From Chlorokybus atmophyticus (Eukaryota; Plantae; Mesostigma and Chlorokybus algae): DNA of 64,000 nt. Positions within the stretch are counted from its first letter, which is position 1. Every line of letters begins with the position of its first letter. Where the stretch lies: NCBI GenBank assembly GCA_009103225.1, contig RHPI01001412.1:49600-113599 (forward strand). The letters run 5' to 3'. The translations under genes were made by a program, and so were the position numbers. Positions 12,919-23,760 of the stretch are shown piece by piece. A model generated the notes under the pieces. That model was not told where the DNA came from. It did no database searches and saw only the letters and a list, made by a program, of their open reading frames with translations.

Positions 12919-14254
12919 NCAGCTTAATTGGTTGGCTTTGTTATATGCTTAAGCTTTGCCATTGCATCAACTCATTGCCTTGTGAGTCTGTTGCTTTCTA
13001 TGTGTATGTAGAGTAGTTAAGCTTGCAGCAGTATGCACAATGCGTATGCTAGCACATGTGGCACGTGCGCGCGCATGGGTGTGTGTGTGCGTGTGTGTGT
13101 GTGTGTGTGACATACGCGATGACACGAGCTGCTATATATATCATATATATGTATATATATATACATATATATGTGTTATTGATATGTATATATATAAGTA
13201 AAAATAAACATGATAGTAAGCTTGCGGGTGAGCTTGAACTGTGTCTCGTAATAATATGCGTTCTCACGTCAATGAGGTAATATCTTATAGCTGATTCTGT
13301 ATCCGTAACATCTGCGCCTTTAACCACGAGGCTACTCCTTCTACGGCAGCAACAATCACTGCTATAGAAGGAGCCACATGCTATTTAAAACATGTCCCAT
13401 ACCAGGGTATAACAGTATTGCACATGGCAATACGTGTTGACGACAAAGTAGTAGCGTTGTCAGCTTCACACCGCATACAACTCTGTATCATGTTGCGGAA
13501 ACACCAGGTTGAACAGCTGGCCTTGCCACAAGTTGGTGTTGTGGGCCACAGATTATGGCCCACACCACCATCGCCCCGTTGCAGTGGGTTTTTATTTGGT
13601 AGTTCGGGCCCTTAACAGAGTAAATACACCGTCGGGCCCGAAAATTTCGGGGAAAACACCCAAGTTACGGTGCCTCCGGCACCGTATTCTTGTGGTTGTC
13701 GACCCCACTTCGGGGTCGCGATTAGGGTTTCCTCCTCAATTTCTCCGCGTCCTTAACATACAGACACTTAATACCTAATGTCGATTGCATTGACGTTGGT
13801 TAATGTTTAAAACCCTTGCGCCTGCGCGCCTTCACCGGCGTCAAGCAGGGCGTTGGTGGCGGCCGCAATTTGCAGAGCCACCGGCGCAGCAGCCTGTAGG
13901 CCCATCTACTCAAGCCTCCTGCCTCGTCGGCGTTGAGGGCGTTAAGGGCGGCGGCTGTGTGGCCGCCGGCGCAGCCTGCATTGAGTGGCTGTGTGGTCGC
14001 CTGCGCAGCGACTGTGACTTAGGGTGAGTAGCAGCATGCAATGTGCTGATGTTGTTGTTGTTGCTGCTGCTGGTAGCTTTCTCTCTATCCCAACATGTGG
14101 TTATTCTTTCTTTGGTGCTGATGCTTTCCTCTTCCCCCATGCAAGTGTTGTTCTTAAGGTTATTGTTATTGTTATTGTTATTATTGTTGTTGTTGTTGGT
14201 CATGCTCACATTAGTGTTTGCTGCATGTTAGGAATTGCATCACACTTGCTTACA

Positions 14255-14755
14255 ATGAGTAACAATGTGCAGGCGATAGCAAAAGCATCGGCAATGGCGA
14301 AGAGGAAAGCAGCAGCATCTCCCAAGCAAGTTAACACCACCTCAGCATCTGTGTCAAGGGCAATCAAAGGTATCAAGCGTGCTGAGACATTGGTACTCAC
14401 TGGACCTGGGCAAAAGGCATTACGAGAACTGCGCGTCAAGCTCGGCCGCTCCAAGGTTGAGAATGTGTATGTGTTTGTATGCACACATACTCTGTGCAAT
14501 ATGTGATGTTGACTTCAACTTTTCCATGTGCAGAACCACAATGCGGAAGTCTTAGAGAAGAATGATGATGGCACTCCCATGACAGCAAAGCAACGCCAAG
14601 CAAAGCGTCACACTTGCTGCTTATGCGGCAAGCTGACCACATACTATTGCAATCAGTGTTCTGTGCGAAGTGCTCACAATGAACTCACAGACTTGCGTTT
14701 GTGGTTTTGTCATACCAACTGCTTCAACTCCTTTCACTCGCGGCGTGAGTATTGA
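14255..14755 (+). CDS. Small basic protein with a C-terminal piggyBac-transposase-like Cys-rich zinc finger
   Basis: MSNNVQAIAKASAMAKRKAAASPK...RSKVEN|gt intron ag|NHNAEVLEK...RHTCCLCGKLTTYYCNQCSV...WFCHTNCFNSFHSRREY-TGA. The CxxC...CxxC...CxxxCF..FH pattern resembles the piggyBac C-terminal CRD. Confidence 0.65.
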
Positions 14756-15225
14756 ACCAAAGCATTGTGCATGTAGCCTTGTAGCCTACATGTAGCCTTG
14801 TACTTGTTGTTATTGGCACTACTTGAGGGGGGTATTGTACACAACTTTAATTGATATGGTGGTGGTGAATGCGAGTGCAAGTTGACGCACGGATGCAAGT
14901 GTATGACGCGAATGTAGGTCCACCAATGCATGCCCACTTTGCATACGTGTTACAAACCTTGACTTAGTCACAAACCCCCACCCCCACCCCCACCCCCACC
15001 TCCACCTTCACCCCCACTTCTTCCTCACACACGTGCACGCGCATGCATGCCGCATAAGCTGCCCGTGCAATATGCACGCATACTTGCACATGTATCCGAC
15101 ACGCTTGGTCGCTCAAAAGTTGACACCCTCCATGTCTCGTTTCACATGCATAAGACAACCGTCTTGCTATATGGGCACATGTTCCAACCACTTGAACACA
15201 TATAGAAAAATTTGGGCTAAACCTT

Positions 15226-18200
15226 TTACACTCTTGCTTCCCCAACAACACGGCACTTTGTCTTGCAGTCATGACCGCACAAATCACTCAACAATGGCGG
15301 CCATGGATACTCCTTGGTGTTCTTGAACTTACATGTCTTGCTGTGTTCGCTGGTATGGCGCTGCACTCGTGCGCTCCCCTGCCCATGCTTGTAATGATAG
15401 CATTGCTTACAAGTTCGCTGCACACCTTTTCCGCCAACGCCGGTGCCTCGGTGGGTAGTGCGCATAGGTCCGCCTGAGCTAGGTTGTTGAGGTTGTTCTG
15501 TCGCGGGTGCAGCCGTGTGTCCGGTTGCTGGCGGAGGTGGCATGTTGGATGTTGTGGTAGGGTGCGTAAAAAAGGTCTGCATTGCACGAGTTACAATAGT
15601 GAACTCGTTGCTGATGACCTCTTTCACAAGCTTTTTTTCATAAGCTCGGAGATGATGTCTGCATTTCCAAAAGAGCTGGCTTTTTTGCTGTAGGGCCACA
15701 TGTTCAGCTAGCTTGAGATTCCACTCGCGGCACATGCTCTGCCAATCGGTGCCTTTTTCGGTTGTGAAGTCCTGGCCAACTCGGACCACAACCGCCTCTC
15801 GTCCTCAGTGGTTACATGACGGGCAAAGTTCAACGGTTTCTTCTTGCGAACAATGGCTTTACGCACCTGCAGATTGCGCTGCTTGAACCGCGCGGTAGTA
15901 CTATTGCCTTGACCAACTGCAAAACACATAACCACAATAGTTGGAAGGTGTGTTGGTTGAGCTTGAGCTCGACTAGCTCACCTGCTCCAAGAGGCGACCT
16001 AGTTGAGGCTGACCCTGATCTCCATGGCTGCCGCTGAGCTGGTGAACAAGGCGGGCGCGGTGACATACTCATGCGCCGCGTGGCCCGCGCAAGCTCTTCA
16101 GGTGAACGAAGTTGACGTGGTGATATGCTCATGCATCGCGTGGCTTGTTGAAGAACTTCAATATCATCAATCACTTGATTGACGAGTGGATTGTTGCTTT
16201 TTGCCTGTACACAACCAACATGGAAAGCAAGTACATATGTGTGTGCTATATGCTTGCGTGCAAGCGTGTAGGTATTTTACTAGCTCATCAGCATCGGCAA
16301 TAAGAGTGTGCGTGTCTGTAAGTGTGCTCCATGTGAGAGGAGGGAGGGGGTGTTTACTTACATGCTCATCGGCTGTACCGTCACGCCGCGCCAGTGGCAC
16401 AGGCTGCGGCATGGGCGCATTGACCTGCACATGCTTTTGTGTGTTACATGCATGCATGTATGCGTGCGTGCGTGCGCATGCGCAGAGGCTGGCGAGCTGG
16501 CGGCCTTGTCTATATTGTGTTTGTGGGTGTGCTGCGTGTGAGAGAAGGTTGTGCAAGCATGCACTTACATGCTGAGCTGTAGCAGCGCGCGGTGCCATCG
16601 GCACGGGCTGCTGAACTGGTGCATTGACCTGCGCGTACGTGCAAATGTGTGCGTGTGTGTGTGCCCGTGTGTATGTTGCGTGCGTGCGTGCGTGTCTACA
16701 TGCGTGCATGGTCGTGCATGTGCCCGGGCGTGTGAGGAGGCCAACGGGCTGGCGTATGCATGTGTGTAATGCATGCGAGAGTTAGTGCACTTACATGCTT
16801 AGGTGTAGCAGCGCGCTGCGCCACTGGCACTGGCTTTGGCATGGACGCATCGACCTGCACGACGTGTGGGTGTGGGTGTGGGCATCATGCATGATGCGTG
16901 TGCTGATGCGCGTGCGTGCGTGCGTGCGTGCGTGTGCACTTACACATGCTCGCAACATACAACCGTGCTGGTGCGTGTGCGCGTGCGTGCGTGCGTGCGT
17001 GCATGCTCGCAACATACAACCGTGCACTTACATGCTCAGCTGGAGCAGCGCGCCGCGCTATTGGCAAGGGCTGCGGCATGGACGCATCGACCTGCACGAC
17101 GTGTGGGTGTGGGTGTGGGTGTGGGCATCATGCCACATGCGTGTGCATGTGCATGTGCGTGTGCGTGTTGCGTGCATGCGTTCATACGCGCGTGTGTGCG
17201 CGTGCATGCGTGCAACCGTGCGTGCGTGTGCACTTACATGCTCAGCTGGAGCAGCGTGCCGCGCCATTGGCACGGGCTGCATGGGCGCATCGACCTGCAC
17301 GACGTGTGGGTGTGGGTATGGGTATGGGTGTGGGTGTGCGTGTGGGTGTGGGTGTGGGTGTGGGTGTGGGTGTGGGCATGTGTGGGCATGTGCGTGTGCG
17401 TCTATGTGTTGCATGCATGTGCGTGTGTTCATATGCATGTGCGTGCGTGCTTGTGCGTGAGTGCGTGTATTGCGTGTGTGCGCGTGCAAGGCTGGCGGCT
17501 AATGGGCGTGTGTGTATGTGTGTGTTGCNGTGTGGGTGTGGGTGTGGGTGTGGGTGTGGGTGTGGGTGTGGGTGTGGGTGTGGGTGTGGGTGTGGGTGTG
17601 GGTGTGGGTGTGGGTGTGGGCATGTGTGGGCATGTGCGTGTGCGTCTATGTGTTGCATGCATGTGCGTGTGTTCATATGCATGTGCGTGCGTGCTTGTGC
17701 GTGAGTGCGTGTATTGCGTGTGTGCGCGTGCAAGGCTGGCGGCTAATGGGCGTGTGTGTATGTGTGTGTTGCGTGCATTCGTGCAAGCGTGCGCAAGGCT
17801 AGCGCGTGCAAGGCTAGCGGGTATGTGTTGTGTGCGTGCATTCATGCACATGGGTGCGTGCATGCTTGCGATCATGCGTTCACGACGGTGCATGTGCATG
17901 AGCGTGCGAGGAGGCTGACGGGCTGGCGTATGCATGTGTGTGCTGCATGCGAGGCTGGCGAGCTGGCGGCCTTGTCTATGTGTATGTGGATATGCTGCGT
18001 GTGAGAGGAGGTTGTGCAAGCATGCACTTACATGCTCAGCTGTAGCAGCGCGCGGTGCCATCGGCACGGGCTGCGGCCCTGGTGCATTGACCTGCGCGTA
18101 CATGCAAGTATGTGCGTGTGCGTGTGCGTATGCGTGTGCGTGTGCGTGTGCGCGTGCGCGTGTGTGTGTGCGCGTGCGTGCATGGTTGTGCGTGTGCATG

Positions 18201-18714
18201 TGTGTGCTGCATGCGAGAGTTTGTGCAATTGTGCACTTACTTCATCAGCTGTAGCAGCGCGCCGGGCCATCGGCACGGGCTCCATCATGGGCGCATTGAC
18301 CTGCGCGTACATGTGATTGTGTGTGTTCGTGTGCGCATGCGTGTGCGTGTGCGTGTGTTGTGTGCATGCGTGCATTCATGTCAGTGCGTGCGTGCGAGCA
18401 TGTGTGCATGATTGCGAGCACGCGTGCATGATTGTGCATGTGCATGCGCGTGCCAGAGGAGGTTGTGCAAGCTTGCACTTACATGCTCTGCTGTAGCAGC
18501 GCGCCGCGCCATCGCACGGGTGGCGGCACGGGTGCATCGACCTGCAAATACATGTACGTGTGTGCACGCATCCCTGCCTGCGCATGTGCGTGCATGCTTG
18601 AACGTGTGCATGCGCATGCGAGGCGGGCTGGCGTGCGTGCATGTGCGTGCATGTGCGCATGCGTGCGTGCGTGCATCATGCTGTTATGCATCTGTTTGTA
18701 TACGCAGTGCGAGT

Positions 18715-18753
<39 letters not shown>

Positions 18754-19424
18754 ATGCATGTGCGCAACAATGGTGAACGGGGAGGAGCAATCATGTGTGC
18801 ACTTGCACCTCATCGTCTAGAATGTGCGTCACCCACTCTTCACCCTCAACTCGTGCTTCTCCTGAAGCATCTCGTTCTTTAAGCGCTTGAAAGAGTTGTT
18901 CCATAACAGGTGGAGCATGGTCCATGCCTAATCGCTCATTCATCTCCAATGATGTAATGACCTCCCATTGCGGAAATGGATTTCTCCAGCCTTGTTTGTC
19001 ATATAACATGTGCACCTTCTGTTGCCAGACATGACAAGTGGTAATGTTAACACAAGGCAATAACAGCAACCGACAACGACACATTCGATTGGTTGTATAT
19101 TGTGTTACAATTGAAGTACTTACTTGCACGAGGCGATCATCATAAATGCCGTAGTCCACATTACCCAGGTTGTGAATACCGCTACGTGTGTTGTGACGGT
19201 CAATGTAATCCGTCACGATGAGTGCAGCCAATGCAGCTGATGTGTTGGTTCCTTGCACGCTGCCTCGCAGCAACCTATGAAATCCCTCCAACGGGGAAGT
19301 TCCCCTTGCACACATGTAGCGCGGCTGATTGCCCTCTTTGTTGATGTTAAAGTACAAGCGCACTCCCTCTGGATCTGATACAACCATAACTGTCAAACAC
19401 ACACACATGTGCAGAGAGAGAAAG

Positions 19425-19486
<62 letters not shown>

Positions 19487-21878
19487 ACACAANGCTCATT
19501 TGACGGTCATGCAATGCCGCCAGCGCCTCATTCCAAAATGGCTCCTGCGTATCGGGCTCTATAGCGCGTTGCCATGTGGCCATCATATCTTGAATGCGTG
19601 TCGCCAGAATAGGTGTTGACGGTATGACGTGTGGCACACACCGCCGCCAGTAGTGTCGCGGCAACTTACCAACCTGAGGGAATAGTTATACGTAATGATA
19701 GAGTGCACGTGCCCCNNNGTCCTTCTCCCCCTTTGCACACACTTAATGCAGTTGCACCTGCTCAGGCGTCTTTTTTGCCACATTCAACAACCACTCTCGC
19801 AAAGCTTGCTCTTTTTCTTTGTCCGGCTCAAACATGGCTTGACTCAACTCACCCAAAAAACGCGCTGCATAAATAGCACCCCAAGTTGTTAAGGATATAA
19901 TGCAATAACATAATAAACAATTATGCGCGACACCTTTCAATGGGCTTGAGGCCGGAATCAGACGCGCATAACAGTCCATAAAATGCCAAGGGTCCTCTTT
20001 CACAACCAAACTTGCACTCCCAAAAGCAGGACAAAGGATCTCTTCCATGATGGCAATGTTGTCGTAATACACCACACGTAACGGCTAACCACAAACAAAT
20101 ATTTGAGTCACATGTGCTATCAATGTTAACACGCACAGTGATCTTGCACCAGTATGCAAGTGTGTACCCGGTTGTTTTTTTGTGTAAAAACTCCGTGTAC
20201 TATCTTACGCAGCAATGATTCAACTTCAGACATCGCGGATGATGTCGCAAAGTACCACCCGATCACCTGCACATCCACAAAGAAAACCAAGTATATCCAG
20301 CAATTCTCATGCGTGGAAGGGCGGAGAGGCGGGGTGGATGGCGGGGTGGGGGGGCCGGGAGGGGGGAGGGGAGGGGGAGATATGACAAATGAAACTACTT
20401 GCTTTGCTTCATTGTACACTGTAAAAACCGCTTCGGCAACCTTCTCACCATGATGCCTGATAAACCTGGGCAACTTGAAGCTGTGGTCGACAGCAAAAAT
20501 CTCCCCTCCCAACCTCACCATCTTAGCTTGTTGCCACGCTTGGCGTTCTTGACTATTTTTAACATATGCAGCAAGTAGATAATCTCCGCTAGGCACATAA
20601 CCCCTATAGCCTTTCGGGTTCTCAAAAGTGCCAAATGGTGCTGGAGCGGGTATGGTAGAGCGGTACGCTGCAAAACCAGCACTGGCTTGATGGAGATGCT
20701 CCCTAACCTCCGAGTATGCCAAAAGCGCCTATAGCTTCCCATAAAAGTGTGCGAGCCATACATGTCAACTCAAGTATCGTATATGAGTGCTCATGTATAT
20801 GAAAACCCTTAAGTAGCGAGTAGTAGTTCACCTTTGTGTATGCGGTGTAATGGCTCTCTTTCAATTGATCTCCAATCTCGGAAGCGGATTGCCCGGCCAC
20901 GACAGCTCGCGAGATGTGGTCATAAACGGCCTCGTCCATTCCCGCGCGATGTGTTAAGACAATATTGAGTTCCTCTTGCACGAAGGATGGCAATTGCTTC
21001 ACGATGCGCTCATCGTATGTGAAGCACGTGAAGTCTCGATCATTGTTGCCTGCACCCGAATAAAAGAACAATGTTACATGCAGGCAACTACTGGCTACCA
21101 ACACAGTTGACTTATTGATGATACATACCTTTGCATTTCTTGCATCGAAGACACATGCCAAACAACAAATCAGTGCCATTGACTGCAGTGATCTTTCGCA
21201 TGCGCTTGTACCATCCATCCGATGTCATAAAATCCTTCTTGCAACACGAGCACAAGTAACTCTTCACGAAATCATTGAAGAATATTTGCGGCGCCCAATA
21301 AGTCACATATACAGCATCAAACAACTTTTGAGCAAGCTCATATGCATGCAAGTATACAGAGCAAGTGCATGCTTGCATGTGCGTGTGTGAGCACACTATA
21401 AAGCAAGTTGGTGTGCACGCTCGGAGTTATCAACAAAGCACTTACATGCCCGCCTTTGGAGTAGAACGCTGTCGGTGAACACGTCTTGCGCGACATTGTC
21501 ATTAATGGGTTTATAAGCGGCAGCCAAATGTTAGGCCACACTGTAGAGTCAAGAGGCGTTGAAACAGACCAAGCCTTTGTGAAAGCATCGCGCTTCACGA
21601 TTGGAAGGTGCTTCTTCACTCGCTGAAGGGCTTCATCGTATATTGGATGCCCGGCCTCTATCTCCTGCTCTCCTTGCTCTACACGCACGCACGCACGGAC
21701 ACACACACATGATGTCACAATGGTGGTGTAGTGGTAATGTGAGCATTTTAGCAAGGCTTATTACATTTCTCACACCTTGTTGCCCTTGTTCCACATTGTG
21801 TGGCGGATCAGATGAGGAAGGAGGAGCTGGTTGGTGGTATAGCGGCGTTGATGAAGGAGGAGGAGGCGCCATTGGCAT
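15226..21878 (-). CDS. Multi-exon DDE transposase of DUF6729 type (Mutator/hAT/P/Kolobok D(2)H clade); possibly carries lesions
   Basis: Ordered motifs across exons: WAPQ...LCSCC...DGW...RKI...LRCKKC (DUF6729-like), GGEIFAVDHSFK, YYDN, KEDPWHF, SDPEGVRLY, ARGTSPLEGFH, RHNTRSG, DWQSMCREWN and a C-terminal CKQC..H..C. Introns are GT-AG. Ns at 19492-3 and 19716-8 and a 59-nt repeat exon leave intactness uncertain. Confidence 0.75.
16362..18541 (-). repeat. Tandem array of eight exon-intron units, each a 57-63 nt mini-exon in (TG/CA)-rich spacers
   Basis: cag|GTC(A/G)AT...|gtaagt units at 16362-16424, 16569-16628, 16795-16854, 17032-17091, 17238-17294, 18032-18091, 18241-18300 and 18483-18541, encoding roughly V(N/D)APMPQPVPMARRAATAEH. 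Confidence 0.85.
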
Positions 21879-23479
21879 TTGCCCCTCACCAGCTTGAGCC
21901 CCAAACTATGATCTACACCCCTCCTACCTCCTTAAGAAACCTTACCCCTGCTTTACCTCCTTCTCTCCTTCTCTCCCTCACATCTATGCCGCCACGCGGC
22001 CACGCCACCTCCACGACGCCGCCGTCATTACCAGCTGCTACAATACTGATCTAGGGTTTGAGGCAAGTATTAGCCGTTCATCTAATTAGCAGACAGTCCA
22101 TCTAATTGGAGGCAGCCTCTAATTAGAGGGTCCTCGACTAGCTTTGAAAACGTCAAGGCACGCCGTGTAGGGCCCGCGATGTAGTGCTAGAAACTAGATA
22201 AGAATATGCCGTTGGTCCGACCAAATAGCCGAAAAAAATAAACAAAAACAGCTCCACTATCGGCCGACCAACCGGTCCGGTCGCGTTTGAAAAAAAGGCC
22301 GCTACTGTCGGCCAGCTGACCGGCGGTCAGCGTGGCCTTAACGCTTGATTGTATTTGGTCTTGTATTTACTCGGCGGGGAGCAGGGCGGTCGTCGATGCT
22401 TTGTATTTGGTCGACCAAATACAAAGCACGACCAAATACAACACCGTTCCTTGCTACCCGACGCACCACGCCTTCCCCTACTACAGTGATGCGAAGCAGC
22501 TTCCCGCAGTCATTCATAAAGTGTAATACACGCTGACACTGGACATAATGTAGCCTGAATGCATGTTACGTCAGGCAGTTACCACCAATCATGCTTGGGT
22601 CATAACATTAAGTTACCGCCTATGCTTGCCATGCTGTAGGCATGCTGCTGAAGCGGCCAAGGCGGCGGCGGCAGAGATGTCCCACTTGAGGCAGCGTTCA
22701 CTTTTGTGGGCGTGGCCTGGTGGTACGGCCATCACTCGCTCCAGCATGATGCAACTCCGCAGCAGAAAAACCAAGCAGCATGACTGCTTGTTGTTTCTCG
22801 GGCTGCGCTGACGGCTTTTGCCTTCAGTTGGTGTTGTCGTGAGGTTAGCGGCTGCTGGTGTCCCATCTGACTGCTGCTAGCTGGCGTGCTGCTGCATCAC
22901 AATTGCCCATGAGTCTTTGGTACCTCACTTGCTTGCAAATTAGACGACATGCATGTCAGGATGCAGTTTCAAAACTCTGTCATGCCATATCATTCATTGT
23001 GACGCATGCACTCTACTGCGATTGATGCCTGCTGTGAGAAATAATGTACCAGCCTGGCTGAATTGCCAACAGGCTGATACATTATAGAAATCATGTTACC
23101 ACTGTCATCTAACTAGAACAGCCCTTCAAGCCCTTGCATGTGCATCTGTTCCGTATAGCACTGGTCCCTGGCTGCTTTCTCGCCCGCTGTGCGGCTAATG
23201 ATGCTGGCAATGCCCACATGCACTGCATCGACAGCTTCTCGTTGCCAGCGGCCTCTACCTTAAACATTGTCAACTCATGTTTCAACACACAATACATCGA
23301 CGGATAACCACAGCACACACTACACAAGACTACACAACCCAACAGGCTTAGGTTAGTTCTAGACCAAGTTGTGTGTAACGTGTTGAACACGTTATACACA
23401 ACTTGGTCTAGAACACGTCGTGTTCATGGCTTTGATATGGTGTTGTGACCTGCAATGCAGCTTACACTATGCGTGCTGC

Positions 23480-23760
23480 AGTGGCCTAGATGAAGTGAAC
23501 AACCTGAGCTACGTTTTCATTGTCCGGCTTTTGAAACCACACACCTGCACTGAATGCCTGAGGTCACGCGCGAAAGGCAAAACATACATCATCGGGTCCC
23601 CCGGGAGCCTGATTTGAACTTAGGGTTGAATGCTGCGCCAACGCATTGAATTGGTACCGACACACACTGGCGATCGCGAGCCCGTGGCTATGGAGCTGTA
23701 CACTGCTGGCGAGCTGCTTTGAGCCTGGGCACAAGCTTTGACGCTCAACCCCGTCATTGA
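23480..23760 (+). pseudogene. Decayed copy of the 30.1 kb gene (DUF7918-like)
   Basis: Aligns by eye to 30100-30350 (cctgaggtcacg...aaggcaaaacata...atcgggtccccgggagcc...ttgaatgctg...aacgcattgaa); the frame is broken and has an in-frame stop. Confidence 0.6.

Larger units (their letters stand above)
13330..22441. mobile_element. Putative two-gene DNA transposon: DDE transposase (-) plus a convergent small Zn-finger gene (+); termini not resolved
   Basis: Contains the transposase and the accessory gene. Both flanks are hairpin-rich and each has a telo-box-like AAACCCT/AGGGTTT upstream of the inward-facing gene. No matching TIR pair or TSD found by eye, so the boundaries are approximate. Confidence 0.5.

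Noticed and set aside
17330-17770. Exact ~200-bp direct repeat inside the mini-exon array
   Set aside because: The two copies flank a single N at 17529 and look identical; most likely an unmerged contig overlap.
16167-18882. Many overlapping His/Thr/Ala or Cys/Val-rich ORFs
   Set aside because: Products of TG/CA-rich introns; only the short ag/gt-bounded mini-exons are supported.
22331-22341. cc|ttaa as a Kolobok-type terminus with TTAA TSD
   Set aside because: No matching ttaa|RR start with an inverted repeat was found at the other side of the element.
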